Below, one piece after another: positions 24,966 through 38,049 of a stretch of 64,000 nucleotides of DNA. Position numbers and translations under genes: made by a program. The stretch comes from Chiloscyllium plagiosum (lineage: Eukaryota). The stretch is taken from NCBI RefSeq assembly GCF_004010195.1, contig NC_057746.1, positions 2,196,777 through 2,260,776 on the forward strand. The letters are read 5' to 3'. The notes beneath the pieces are model-generated. The model was not told the DNA's origin. It saw only the letters and a list, made by a program, of their open reading frames with translations, and did not search any database. Position 1 is the stretch's first letter, and every line of letters begins with the position of its first letter.

Positions 24966-25200
24966 AGATTACAGTGGTGCTGGAAAAGCACAGCAGGCCA
25001 GGCAGCATCCAAGGAGCAGGAAAATCGACGTTTCGGGCAAAAGCCCTTCTTCAGGAATACAGCTCTATTCCTGATGAAGGGCTTTTGCCCGAAATGTCGA
25101 TTTTCCTGCTCCTCGGATGCTGCCTGACCTGCTGTGCTTTTCCAGCACCACTCTAATCTAGACTCTGGTTTCCAGCATCTGCAGTCATTGTTTTTACCTC
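24966..25200 (+). mobile_element. Penelope-like hammerhead element, family A, inverted repeat
   Basis: Cores at 25071-25098 (+) and 25026-25054 (-, intact CUGAAGA-A-GGGC-UUUU-GCCC-GAA-ACGU-C); imperfect TSD GAGGGTCTAT/GAGGATCTGT. Confidence 0.85.
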
Positions 25201-25842
25201 GAGGATCTGTATCTGTCTGGATTCTGCAGCATTATCATTCCAGAGTCTTTCAGCACAGTCACATTTGGCCAAGGCTTGTTTCAATTTCCTAGCGAGCCTC
25301 ATTTATTGTCCCTTTTTTTCATAAATCCATTATTTTGAGCAGCCCCTCTGGCCCCACCTTAATGTCAGTATCAATTTGCGTTTATCTTTCAAGGACAACA
25401 ATATACTTGGACCACAAGGTTTTCCACAAGGGTTCCATAATTCCCTGTACATATTCCATCAAAGATTACCAAAGGGATTACAGCGTTTTTCCAACCCCAA
25501 CTGTCTAGTACAGTATGTAGAATGATTTTCTGCAACACATCAAACAGGAATACCTGGTCCTACTACATGAGCTTTTATCTCTGCTCACAGATGTGGGGTT
25601 GAAGGTTAACCCTAAGAAAGTGCAGATCTTGAAGCAGAAAGTCTCTTTTTTGGGTATGGTGATGGCACCTGATAAATTGGAAATAGATACGAAATGGATT
25701 GATGTGATCTGGAATCAGTCTTTACCTAAAAGTGTGGGTGTTTTGAGATCGTTCTTAGGGTGATTGGGGTGCTGTAGAAATCATGTTGACAGCTTTGCTA
25801 CTAAAGGAGCACCACTGGCAGATTTACTAAAGAAACACAGTC

Positions 25843-26143
25843 CTTAGCACTGCTGCCTCACAGCACAAGGGTCCCAGGTTCGATTCCAGCCTCGGGCGAC
25901 TGTCTGTGTGGAGTTTGCACATTCTCCCCGTGTCTGCATGGGTTTCCTCTGGGTGCTCCGGTTTCCTCCCACAGTCCAAGGATGTGCAGGCCAGGTGAAT
26001 TGGCCATGCTAAATTGTCCATAGTGCTAGGTGCATTAGTCAGAGGGAAATGGGTCTGGGTAGGTTACTCTTCGGAGGGTCGATGTGGACTGGTTGGGGCG
26101 AAGGACTGTTTCCATACTGTAGGGAATCTAATCTAATCTAATC
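25843..26143 (+). mobile_element. HE1/V-SINE-like SINE (5'-truncated) inserted in the retroviral RT
   Basis: SINE core and (AATCT)n tail. Confidence 0.88.
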
Positions 26144-26379
26144 TCTGTGGGAATGAACAGAACAACATACACAAACAATCAGTGAATTGAAACAAGTGTT
26201 TATTCAAGCCGCAGCACTCCGAGCTACCCTTTGGAGTTGAAGTAGCAGTCACCACACTAGTAGCTGTACTGTTAGAAAACAGACATTAGCATTTAGGTCC
26301 TGTCTCTGACACCTCCAGGCTATTACAATATGTAGAACCAGGTCTCATGTTCCATTAAAAAGCATTTGCTTGCTTTTAG

Positions 26380-27612
26380 GACAAATAGGACAGAGTGTAT
26401 GGAAAGGGTTAGCCTCAAATTTCAAGTACACTGGACAAACAAATGACAATGAGAAGAGGGACAGTTAATACAGGACTGAAGGTGTTATATCTGAATGCAC
26501 ACAGTATGGGAAATAAGGTAAATGAGCTTGTGGTACAGATCAAAATTGACAGGTACGATGTGGTGGGCATCACACAGACGTGGCTGCAAGGGGATCAGGA
26601 TTGGGAGCTGAATATTCAAGAAGAGGGCGGCACGGTGGCACAATGATTAGCACTGCTGCCTCACAGCACCAGAGACCCGGGTTCAATTCCCGCCTCAGGC
26701 GACTGACTGTGTGGAGTTTGCACGTTCTCCCCGTGTCTGTGTGGGTTTCCTCCGGGTGCTCCAGTTTCCTTCCACAGTCCAAAAGATGTGCAGGTCAGGT
26801 GAATTGGCCATGCTAAATTGCCCGTAGTGTTAGGTAAGGGGTAAATGTAAGGGTATGGGTGGGTTGCGCTTCAGCGGGGCGGTGTGGACTTGTTGGGCCG
26901 AAGAGCCTGTTTCCACACTGTAAGTAATCTAATCTAAAAAAAATATACATCCTATCAAAGATGGGCAGAGGGGGAGCGGTTGCCTTATTAGTAAGAAATG
27001 AAATTAAATTAATAATAAGAAATTAAGTAGGGTCAGATGGTGTAGAATCTGTGTGGGTAGAATTGAGGAACCGCAATGTTAAAAAAAAAACAAGTTGGAG
27101 TTCTGTACAGGCCTCCAAACAGTCGTCAGGAGCTGGGGTGCAAGATACACCAGGAGGTAGAAAAGATGTGTAGGAAAGGCAAAATTACAGTGATCATGGG
27201 GGCTTTCAATGTGCAGGTTTGTAGTGGATTGAAAGTAAAGGAATTTGTGGAATGTCTACAAGATGGTCTTTTGGAGCAGCTTGTAGTGATGTCTACTAGG
27301 GAACAGGCAATACTGGATTTAGTATTGTGTAATGAAGCAGACTTGATAATGGAGCTTAAGGTGAAGGAATCCTAAGGGGGCAGTGATCATAATATGATTG
27401 AATTTACTCTGCAATTTGAGAGGGAGAACATAGAATCAGAGGTAACAGTATTACCGCTAAATAAAGTCAACTACAGAGTCATGAGGGTGGAGCTGGTTAG
27501 AATTGACTGGGAGAGGAGCCTAGCCAGAAAGACAGTGGAACAGCAATGGCAGGAATTTCTGGACGTAATTTAGGAGACACAGCAGAGATTCATCCTGACG
27601 GAAAAGAAGCAT
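26380..27612 (+). mobile_element. CR1 LINE ORF2 endonuclease region
   Basis: LKVLYLNAHSMGNK..VVGITQTWL, GVLYRPPNS, MGAFN, AILDLVL, SDHN motifs. Confidence 0.9.
26625..26943 (+). mobile_element. HE1/V-SINE-like SINE nested in CR1
   Basis: Full head, core and tail. Confidence 0.9.
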
Positions 27613-27614
27613 GG

Positions 27615-27965
27615 TGAGAATGTGTATAAGGTATAAGCAGGTAGGGAAAGAGTTAAGTTCTGAGTTTTGTGAAACCAGAGGTTCAGCTGAGCATGAATCA
27701 GATCAGATAAGAACTTATAGTTAACAATGGGGTGCTGAAGGCAAGGGTAATGGGTTAACAAGGTGGAAAAGCAGTCATTATGTAGAACCATTTAACAAGA
27801 TGAGGTTGCATTCAGTATGTAACATCAGTTAACAAGGTGAAAACTATTCACAATGTGAAGCCAGTTAACAAGGTTAAGAACATTCATTGTTTAACAGCAG
27901 ACGGCTTAATCTTTACTGTTGACACTCACTGATTGTAACGGTCACCCAATTAATTTGTATGACAC
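27615..27965 (+). mobile_element. Partial LTR (U3) of the ERV family at 50979-52493
   Basis: Starts TGAGAATGTG; reverse-complement match to 51200-51496 and 52160-52493; repeated GTTAACAAGG motifs. Confidence 0.75.
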
Positions 27966-27974
27966 CTAGGACAT

Positions 27975-29600
27975 TGCTAGTGAGGGATTCAATAATGGCA
28001 ACGCTATCAACTGTCATAGACAATAGACAATAGGTGCAAGAGTAGGCCATTCTGCCCTTCGAATGACGGCAAGTGATAGAGCTAAGCAATTCCACAATCA
28101 ACGGATCAGATAAGCTATGCAGTCCTGTCATGGGGCGGTAGTTAAATTGTTTCTTATTAGTGAAGGTCATTGCCTGGCCTTTTTGTGGTGCAAATGCTAC
28201 TGCCACTTTTCAGTCCAAGCCTGGATCTTGCTGCATTAGGACATGGACTGCTTCAGGTTCTGAAGAGTTATGAATGGTACTGAACATTGTGTAACTAGTG
28301 GCAAAGATCTCCACCTCTGACCTTGGGATGGAAGGAAGGTCATTGATGAAGCTGAGAATGGTTGAGTCTCAGACATTAACTTAAGGAACTCCTGCAGTCA
28401 TGGACAAGTGGAGTGAAGGGTCTGTTTCTGTGCTGTATATCTCTATGACTCTAAGATAATTGATCTCCAACAACCACAACCATCTTCCTATGTGTCAAGT
28501 ATGACTCTAACCAGTGGAGAGTTTGCCCCTGCTTTCCATTGACTCCAATTTTGCTGGGGGTCCTCAATGCCATAGTCAATAGAATATGCCTTGATGGTAA
28601 GGGCTGTCACTCTCACCTCACCTCTTAAATTCAGCTTTTTTGTCTATGTTTGAAGCAAGGCTGTATTGAGGTCAGGAGCTGAGTGGCCCTGGCAGAACCC
28701 AAACTGGGCATCACTGAGCAGGTTATTGCTGAGTAGGTACTACTTGATAGCCCTTGAGGACACCTTCCACCATTTTACTGATGATCAAGGGTAGACCAAT
28801 GTAGCGGTAACCGGCCCAGTTGGATACATTCTGCTTTTTATGTATAGGACATAACTGGGCAATTTTCCATGTTGCCAGGTAATACCAGTGTTATGAGCTG
28901 AAAATGTGTTGCTGGAAAAGCGCAGCAGATCAGGCAGCATCCAGGGAATAGGAGAATCGACGTTTCGGGCATAAGCCCTTCTTCAGGAATGAGGCTTGCT
29001 GCATTAGGACATGGACTGCTTCAGGTTCTGAAGAGTTATAACTATACTGGAACAGCTTGGCTAGGTATGCAACTAGTTCTGCAGCACAAGTCTTTTGTAC
29101 TATGGCTAGAATGTTATGTGGGCCCATAACTTTTGCTGTATCCAGTGCCTCTTACCACTTCTTGATATCACATAGAATGAATCAAACTAGCTGGAGGCTG
29201 GCATCTATGATGGTGGAGGCCACTGGAGGAGGCCGAGATGATTCATCGACTTGGCCTTTCTGCTGAAAATTGTTGTGAATGCTTGAGCTTTGTCTTTTGT
29301 ACTGATGTTGAGCACTTCCATCAGTGTGGATGGGGATATTTGTGGAGATTTCTCCTCCAGTGAGTTATGTAATTCACTTTTGGACATGGCAGGACTACAT
29401 AACTTATCTGATCTGTTGATTGTGGAATTGCTTAGCTCTATCACTTGCTGTTATGCAGTTTGCCACACATGTAGTCTGCCACAACACCTAATGGATGCCT
29501 GGTCTTGAATTGCTTGATCTCTTCAAAGTCTGTCATATTTAGCATCATGATAGTGCCACACAACATGACGGAGGATATTCTCAATGTGAAAATGGTATGC
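27975..29600 (-). mobile_element. CR1/L2-related LINE RT fragment
   Basis: Collinear with 62950-64000; KTCAAELVAYLAKLFQYSY motif. Confidence 0.8.
28895..28994 (-). mobile_element. Family A hammerhead element with intact core
   Basis: Minus strand ATTC-CTGAAGA-A-GGGC-TTAT-GCCC-GAA-ACGT-C-GATT. Confidence 0.85.
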
Positions 29601-30234
29601 CTGTGAAGTACTTGTTGTCACCCTGAGTTTGTGGAAGTTTACAAGAGTCTTTATTTCTTTAGGAAACATACAGCTTCCTGTTGATGGAGAAATTGTCCCA
29701 TTCCACAAAGACACTGACCAATATATTGTGTACAGGAGTCTTACTGTAGGATCCTAAGTATTTCAGTGAATAGAAACACTACACTGACAAATCAGGTTTT
29801 GCCAAAATATGATTTATTATGTGTTATAAATCTATGCAGAAGATTGAAAGAACAGGAGGAAAGGAAGGCAAAATTCAATTTACGCCAAAATAATAAAGTC
29901 TTTCAAAGTGACTTATGATCTATCCCAGAAAGTTGAAATGAATCTTGGAAGAGCGTAAGGTGAACATATCACACTTTTATTATATTATACTGAGGGAACT
30001 CACCCCACTCCCTCACTATACTCAGGATAGTAGTCCTCCCAGACAAAGATCAATCTGGAGAACTGTATTCAGTTCTGCGGGCCACTCCTCAGGAGAATAT
30101 ATTTTTCTTGGAGGGAGTCCAGCGTAGATTCACTGGAATGTTTCTGAGGTTAAATGATGAGAACAGGTTTCACAGACTGAGCTTGTATGTATTCTGTAGA
30201 GTACAGAAAAATTAAGGGATAATCCAATTGAGGT

Positions 30235-32302
30235 AACAGTGGCTGAAGGACCTGAACTTAAGGGAATTTATATTTGCCAGGATTTGGTGTTGGAGAGACT
30301 GTTAGGTCTGAAGGTTGATAAGTCTCCGGGGCCTGATGGTCTGCATCCCAGGGTACTGAAGGAGGTGGCTCGGGAAATCGTGGATGCATTGGTGATTATT
30401 TTCCAGAGTTCAATAGATTCCGGGTCGGTTCCTGAGGATTGGAGGGTGGCAAATGTTATACCACTTTTTAAGAAAGGTTGGCGAGAGAAAGCAGGAAATT
30501 ATAGACCAGTTAATCTGACCTCAGTGGTGGGAAAGNNNNNNNNNNNNNNNNNNNNNNNNNNNNNNNNNNNNNNNNNNNNNNNNNNNNNNNNNNNNNNNNN
30601 NNNNNNNNNNNNNNNNNNNNNNNNNNNNNNNNNNNNNNNNNNNNNNNNNNNNNNNNNNNNNNNNNNNNNNNNNNNNNNNNNNNNNNNNNNNNNNNNNNNN
30701 NNNNNNNNNNNNNNNNNNNNNNNNNNNNNNNNNNNNNNNNNNNNNNNNNNNNNNNNNNNNNNNNNNNNNNNNNNNNNNNNNNNNNNNNNNNNNNNNNNNN
30801 NNNNNNNNNNNNNNNNNNNNNNNNNNNNNNNNNNNNNNNNNNNNNNNNNNNNNNNNNNNNNNNNNNNNNNNNNNNNNNNNNNNNNNNNNNNNNNNNNNNN
30901 NNNNNNNNNNNNNNNNNNNNNNNNNNNNNNNNNNNNNNNNNNNNNNNNNNNNNNNNNNNNNNNNNNNNNNNNNNNNNNNNNNNNNNNNNNNNNNNNNNNN
31001 NNNNNNNNNNNNNNNNNNNNNNNNNNNNNNNNNNNNNNNNNNNNNNNNNNNNNNNNNNNNNNNNNNNNNNNNNNNNNNNNNNNNNNNNNNNNNNNNNNNN
31101 NNNNNNNNNNNNNNNNNNNNNNNNNNNNNNNNNNNNNNNNNNNNNNNNNNNNNNNNNNNNNNNNNNNNNNNNNNNNNNNNNNNNNNNNNNNNNNNNNNNN
31201 NNNNNNNNNNNNNNNNNNNNNNNNNNNNNNNNNNNNNNNNNNNNNNNNNNNNNNNNNNNNNNNNNNNNNNNNNNNNNNNNNNNNNNAGTGACCAGTGGGG
31301 TACCGCAGGGATCAGTGCTGGGACCGTAGCTTTTTACAATATACATTAATGATAGAGAAGATGGTATTAGCAATAACATTCGCAAATTTCATCAGCTGGG
31401 TGGCAGGGTGAAATGTGATGAGGATGTTAGGAGATTACAGGGTGACCTGGACAAGTTAGGTGAGTGCTCAGATGCATGGCAGATGCACTTTCACGTGGAT
31501 AAATGGATCCTTATCCACTTTGGTGGCAAGAACAGGAAGGCAGATTACCACCTAAGTGGAATCAATTTAGGTAAAGGGGCAGTACAGAGAGATCTGGGGG
31601 TTCTTGTACACCACTCAATGAAGGTAAGCATGCAGGTACAGCAGGTAGTGAAGAAGGCTAATAGCATGCTGGCCTTCATAACAAGAGGGATTGAGTATAG
31701 AAGCAAAGAGGTTCTTCTGCAGCTGTACAGGGCCCTGGTGAGACCACACCTGGAGTACTGTGTGCAGTTCTGGTCTCTAAATTTGAGGAAAGACATTCTG
31801 GCTATTGAGGGAGTGCAGCGTAGGTTCACGAGGTCAATTCCTGGAATGGCGGGATTATCTTACACTGAAAGACTGGAGCGACTGGGCTTGTGTACCCTTG
31901 GGTTTAGAAGACTGAGAGGGGATCTGGTTGAGACATATAAGATGATCAAAGGATTGGACACTCTGGCGGCAGGCAACATGTTTCCGCTGCGGGGTGAGTG
32001 CCGAAACAGAGGACACAGCTTAAAAATACGGGGTAGACCATTTAGGACAGAGATGAGGAGAAACGTCTTCACCCAGAGAGTGGTGGCTGTGTGGAATGCT
32101 CTGCCCCAGAGGGCAGTGGAGGCCCAGTCTCTGGATTCATTTAAGAAAGAGTTGGATAGAGCTCTCAAGGATAGTGGAATCACGGGTTATGGAGATAAGG
32201 CAGGAACAGGATACTGATTAAGGATGATCAGCCATGATTATATTGAATGGCGGTGCAGGCTCGAAGGGCAGAATGGCCTATTCCTGCACCTCTTGTCTAT
32301 TG
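30235..32302 (+). mobile_element. Young 5'-truncated CR1 LINE ORF2 (RT), spanning an N gap
   Basis: KSPGPDGLHPRVLKE, NYRPVNLTSVVGK, GVPQGSVLGP, LVRPHLEYCVQFW, FTQRVVAVWNALP; 3' UTR and tail present. Confidence 0.95.
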
Positions 32303-32639
32303 TTTTGAAGATGAGTAGACAAGCTGATCGAATAGTTTGAGAGAATAGTTCCTCGGAGAGTCTAGAACAAGGGACTGAGCATTAAAATTAAAGTGAGGCT
32401 GTTCAGGGTGATGTCAACAAACATTTCTTCACAAAAATGGGACTGGAAATCTCAAACTCTGTACCCACAAAAATCTGTTGAAGCTGGGGGTCAATTGAAA
32501 AATTCAAAACTGTGATTGATAGATTTTCTGTTAGGCAAGAGGATTAAAGGTTAGAGAATCGAGACAGGTAAGAGCTAAGATACAGATCAGCCATGATGTA
32601 CCAGGCTCAATGAATCAATGCATGCTAGAGGATCCAATT

Positions 32640-32940
32640 TAACTCTTGAGGTGTGACAACTGTGTGAGGGATTTCGAACAGATTCAAACCCATTCTGTTG
32701 GGGTTTCTCCCAGGGGTCTGTGTACCTGTGTTGATGGATCAAGAGCTACACTGGCCGTGTGAAAGACTTGTCACACATCTCATATCTGAAAGGTTTCTCA
32801 CAATGTGGATTCGCTGGTGCTTCAGAAGTTTGGAGGAGTGGGTAAAAGCCTCGTCACAAACATTTCACCTGAAGGGTTCTCCCCAAGTGAGTCCTCAGAT
32901 ATTCGAGGAGGGTGAAGTTGTTATGAATGCTTTACCACCT
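32640..32940 (-). pseudogene. Degenerate fingers 3' of ZNF C, separated from it by a CR1 insertion
   Basis: CDEAFTHSSKLLKHQRIH and MCDKSF relics on minus; continuous with 34080-34249. Confidence 0.8.
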
Positions 32941-34076
32941 ATAAGACCATAAGGCACAGGAACAGAAGTTAGGCCATTCGGCCCTTCGAGTCCACTCTGC
33001 CATTCACTCATAGCTGATAGGTTTCTCAACCCCATTCTCCCGCTTTCTCCCTGTCACCCTCAATCCCCTTCACAATCAGAACTTTTCCACCTCTGTTTTA
33101 AATATACTCAATGACCTGGCCTCCACAGCCTTCTGAAATATACTCAATGACCTGGCCTCCACAGCCTTCTGTGGCAATGAATTCCATAGATTCACCATTC
33201 CCTGGCTGGAGAACTTTCTCCTTATCTCCGTTCTAAAAAGTCTTCCCTTTACTCTAAGGCTGTGCCCTCAGGTCCTAGTCTCTCCTACCAATGGAAACAT
33301 CTTCCCAACATCCACTCTGTCCAGGCCATTCAGCATCCTGTAAGTTTCAATCAGATATCCCCTCATCCTTCTAAATTCCATCAACTTCTAAATTCCCAGA
33401 GTCCTCAAACGTTCCTTTCATTCCTGGGATCATTCTCGTGAACCTCCTTTGGACCTGCTCCAGGGCCAACACATCCTTCCTGAGGTATGGGGCCCAAAAT
33501 CACTCCAAATGGGATCTCTACAGAGTCTACTACTGACTCAACTTGCAAGTTTATCTTAAGAGAAACCTGGACTAGGACTCCCAAGTCATTTTGCACGTTA
33601 GATTTCTGAATTTTCTCCCCATTCAGAAAAATATTGTATTTTATCTGCCACTCTTTTTACCTGTCCAAATCCTTCTGCAGCCTCCCTGCCTCCTCAGTAC
33701 TATCTGCCCTTGAACTATATTTGTATCATCTGCAAACAAAGTTGTGGTCCCAACACCAACCCTTCTGGAACACCACTTGTCACTAGTTTCCATCCTGAGA
33801 AAGACCTTGTTATCCCCACACTCTGCTTTCTGCCAGACAGCCAAGCTTCTATCCATGTTGCCTCTAACACCATGGACCCTTATCTTACTCAGCAGCCTCC
33901 TGTGCAGCACCTTATCTAAGGCCTTCTGGAAGTCTAGATAGATAATATCCATTAGCTCTCCTTGGTCCAACCTGCTCATTACCTCCTCAAAAGAATTCCA
34001 ACAGATCTGTCAGGCATGACCTCCCCTTGATGAAACCATGTTGACTTTGCCCTATTTTACTATGCACTTCCAAGTA
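32941..34076 (-). mobile_element. CR1 LINE RT fragment
   Basis: MDIIYLDFQKALDKVLHRRLLSK, FADDT; flanks TTTACC(C)ACCT. Confidence 0.9.
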
Positions 34077-34249
34077 TTTACCCACCTTGCATGTTAATGA
34101 TCACTGCCTTGTGTGAATGATCTGGTGTCATACCAGGCTCTATGATTGTTCAAAGTCCTTGTTACACACCTCACACTTGAGTAAACTGTGCTCTTTGTGA
34201 AACCTTTGGTGCCTCAGGAGAGGACTGGTTGGAAGCCTCTTCAGTAAAT

Positions 34250-35449
34250 TCATACCTGTAGGGTTTGTCCTGTGTGGACTCTCTGATGTCTCAGGAGGCT
34301 CGTAGACTGTGTGAAACGTTTATCACAAACCTCACATTTGAAGGGTTTCTCCCCTGTATGGACTGTTTGATGAACTAGGAGGCTTGATGAACACGCAAAG
34401 GCTTTGTTACACACTCCACACACGAATGGCTTCTCCCCTGTGTGAATGCGGTAATGTACACGGAGACTCACTGAATGCGAGAATGATTTGTCACACACCT
34501 CGCATGTAAACGGCTTCTCCCCTGTGTGAACAAGTTGGTGGGAACGAAGTTTTGAGGAGCGGGAGAATGATTTGTTACATACGTCACACGTGAAAGGTTT
34601 CTCTCCTGTGTGAATACGTTGATGTATGCGGAGTGTTGATGACTCTGAGAATGATTTGTCACACACATCACACATGAATGGTTTCTCTCCTGTGTGAATA
34701 CGTTGATGTGCATGGAGATTGGATGACTTTGAGAAGGATTTATTGCACACCTCACATTGGAAGGGTTTCTCTCCTGTGTGAACACTCTGGTGCATCAGAA
34801 GCCTGGTAGATGTTGTGAAAGCTTTATCGCAAACCTCACATTTGAAGGGTTTTTCTCCTGTGTGGATTGACTGATGGACCAGGAGGTGTGATAACTGTGT
34901 GAAAGCTTTGTCACACACCTCACAGGTGAACGGTTTCTCTCCTGTGTGAATGCGATGGTGCACATGGAGGGTCACTAAAGATGAGAATGACTTGTTACAT
35001 ACCTCACATGTGAATGGTTTGTCCCCTGTGTGACTATGTTGGTGTATGTGAAGATTCGATAACTGTGAAAAGGATTTGTCACACACCTTGCACTTGAATG
35101 GTTTTTCCCCAGTGTGAATACGTTGATGTCTGCGGAGATTTGATAACTGTGAGAAGGATTTCTCACACACCTCACACTTGAAGGGTTTTTCCCCTGTATG
35201 AATGCGTTGATGTACGCGGAAATTCATTGAGTGTGAGAATGATTTGTTGCACACCTCGCATGTGAAGAGTTTCCCCCGTGTGTGAATAAATTGGTGTTTG
35301 TGAAGACTTGATGAGAATACAAATGATTGATTGCATTCCTTACGTGTGAATGGCTTCTCCACAGTGTGATTGCTCTGGTGCATGTGAAAATTTGAGGAAT
35401 CTGGGAAATCCTGATCATACAGCCCAGACTTGACTGGATTCTCCTCCAT
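34250..35449 (-). CDS. C2H2 zinc-finger protein C, 12 intact + 2 degenerate N-terminal fingers
   Basis: ORF 34250-35500; start set at MEENP (35449) by paralogy; acceptor at 35880. Confidence 0.9.
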   Translation of the reverse strand: MEENPVKSGLYDQDFPDSSNFHMHQSNHTVEKPFTRKECNQSFVFSSSLHKHQFIHTRGKLFTCEVCNKSFSHSMNFRVHQRIHTGEKPFKCEVCEKSFSQLSNLRRHQRIHTGEKPFKCKVCDKSFSQLSNLHIHQHSHTGDKPFTCEVCNKSFSSLVTLHVHHRIHTGEKPFTCEVCDKAFTQLSHLLVHQSIHTGEKPFKCEVCDKAFTTSTRLLMHQSVHTGEKPFQCEVCNKSFSKSSNLHAHQRIHTGEKPFMCDVCDKSFSESSTLRIHQRIHTGEKPFTCDVCNKSFSRSSKLRSHQLVHTGEKPFTCEVCDKSFSHSVSLRVHYRIHTGEKPFVCGVCNKAFACSSSLLVHQTVHTGEKPFKCEVCDKRFTQSTSLLRHQRVHTGQTLQV

Positions 35450-36941
35450 GGGGAAGATCAATAGATGCACTTTACACGTCTTATGACATGATGGGCCCAA
35501 CTCAAACTTGAACAGTCTCTCATATGTAAGAATCAGTCAGTAGTTCATGAGGCTTGATGAATGATTGAAGCTCTCACCACACTTGGAGCCAATCATACTT
35601 CTTCCCAGCCGCACCTTGACCGATCACCCACAGCCGAACCTTCAGAAAGGTTGGTTCTGATGGAAGGCTCCACACCACTGACCAGTTTCAGATCTGATGA
35701 CGAGTCGAAGCGCCCCCCGACCTGACCGATTTCCAGATGATGGTTTCACTGCCAAACCTTCTCTGTGTTGGGACTGGATGTCTTCGCACAGTTGTGCAGC
35801 TGGTCCTTGGGTGATGATCAGGATCTGTCTGCAGTGTCTATCCTCGCTATATTCTCTGGTGTAGTTCATTGCAATCTTTCTGTAAAACACAAAAAGGAAA
35901 AATTATTTCCTTCAACGCCCTCTCTTCCTTTGCTGAAGAGGCTGAATGCTCAGTTTACAGACTGTTCCACAGTGAGTGCCAGTCTGCTATTCTCCTGTGT
36001 GGTGGAATTAGATACAAATTATTTATATTTCCTCACTTGACTGTCACATATCCTCTGTTTCTAGCAGGGACACTGGATAGTGACGAAGAGCAGACAATGT
36101 GGCTCCTTTCTTTCTTCCACCCAGATCTCCATCTTCCCAGATACCATTAAAGTAATGGAAAAGACAGTTGGGCTGAGTGTAAAATGGGTTATCGATTGAC
36201 CTTGAATTTGTGTTGTGCTAGCGTGGACCAGTTTTACCCTTCAGGATTGTGTGTCATACAAAAACACTCAAGAAAAATATGTTAATTCAGTGGAGGTCTA
36301 AAAGGCTAGTTTTTGAAGAAAATTATTTGAAGAAAGCACACTGAGCAGGAAGTGCAAGAAGCTGAGGAAAACATTGTTTCAGTTAGCTGATGGAAGGGTT
36401 CTGGTTTATAGTGGGAAATTAGATATAAATGCATTGCATTCACTCAGACGGCACGTCCCAAATTCAGTCATCAGCCACAGCACTGGGCCAAACGATCAAA
36501 TCCAAACCCAGGCTTTTGGGAAAGATTTTCAGGAAAACTCTTTAAGGAAGATATTAGAAGATGTTGCAATCAGTGTGTCTCCAGGTATGGCAGTTGAAAT
36601 GCTATGGTGCTGGATTAACAATCACAGAAAGTTACACACATATAATTATGGTGAGAAACAGGCCATTTGGCCCAATTCGATATGCTTCACATGAGCCTCC
36701 TCTCAATCTCTTCATCACACCCCATCAGCAGATCCTTCTGATCCTTTCTCTCTCATGTGCACCGGGGGTTCAATTCCCATCATCGGTATGAGGTTATCAT
36801 GAAGGACTCTCAACCTCTTCCCTCACCCAAGTTCTGGTAGCCCTCAGGTTAAATCACCACCAATTGCTCCTCTCTAATAAGAGAGTAGCCCCTATGGTCT
36901 GGTAAGACTATGGTGACACAACAGCTTATCTAGTTTTTTTT

Positions 36942-37244
36942 TAGATTACCTACAGTGTGGAAACAGGCCCTTCAGCCCAACAAGTCCACATCAACCCTCC
37001 GAAGAGAAACCCACTCCCCTATATTTACCCTTGACTAATCCACCTAACATTACGGGCAATTTAGCACGGCCAATTCACCTGACCTGCACAGCTTTGGACT
37101 GTGGGAGGAAACCGGAGCACCCGGAGGAAACCCACGCAGACACAGGGAGAATATGCAATGTCCACACACAGATGCCTGAGGCGGGAATTGAACCCAGGTC
37201 CCTGGTGCTGTGAGGCAGCTGTGCTAACCACTGAGCCACCGTGC
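36942..37244 (-). mobile_element. HE1/V-SINE-like SINE
   Basis: SINE head, core and tail. Confidence 0.88.
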
Positions 37245-37705
37245 CTTAAAGGTATCTCTGCTCTTCAGATTGTGAAAGTGAACTTAATCAATATTAGAAT
37301 TTGTGGAATAGAATCAAAACAAAAACACAAACACTTTCAGCTTATCCTAAATATCCAAATACTGATCTTCACAAAAGTGAACCTTCTACAACTGCATGGT
37401 CTGGTTTCATGTGACTCTAGTCCTGTGCAACGTAGTTACGTTTGAACTGACCTCTGAAGAGGTTAACCAAACACTGTAAATAATCACTACAAAGTCCAAT
37501 AACAAGAGGAAAATCACTGAAGCTTGGACATTCCTGACATGTTGTAAGAATAAGATGAAGGTGATGTTTGCACAGTGAAATCACTTACCAAGAGCTGAGG
37601 ACACGTGCCTAAGTGAGGAGGCCCCCAGACTGGTCAATGAGCAGTGACACTCGCTGAATCGTATCGATGTGGAAAAGTCCCAGACTCGTCCATCACCCTC
37701 AATGA

Positions 37706-37850
37706 GCAGAACACTGCAGATGCGGGTAATATGAAATAAAGATAGAAAATACTTTTAAATGTCAGCAGGTCAGGCTGGATCAATGGAGAAACGGACAAAT
37801 GGATGTTACATTTCATGTCTATAACCTTTCATCAGTATTGTGAGAAGTTG
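37706..37850 (-). mobile_element. Old Penelope-like end with decayed hammerhead
   Basis: Minus strand CTGATGA-AAGGTT-ATA-GACAT-GAAA-TGTA followed by CCTGACCTGCTGA..GCATCTGCAG tail. Confidence 0.55.
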
Positions 37851-38049
37851 GAAATGGAATAGGTTTTGAATGAGCTGTGGATGGGACAAGGAGAAAGACA
37901 GAAATCTGTTGCGAGAAAAGGCAGAGATATAGAATTACAAAAATGGAATGCTCCAAGGTCAAAGGCAATGGAGATTGGGCAAGAGATAAATAAATACACA
38001 CTATTACAAACTACTTAAATACACACTATGAAGTGACCACTCACAGTGC

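Larger units (their letters stand above)
21684..26375 (+). mobile_element. Decayed retrovirus-like LTR element: LTR 21684-22420, PBS(Asn) 22424-22441, RT 25330-26300
   Basis: TG..CA LTR with AATAAA (22325); PBS TAGCGTCCCTGGGTGGTC; QYTWT/PQGFHNS/LVQYV(DD)/LRSFLG motifs. Interrupted by SINEs and hammerhead elements. Confidence 0.8.

Noticed and set aside
30510-31385. X-filled ORFs here and at 53582-54251 and 55118-55486
   Set aside because: Assembly gaps.
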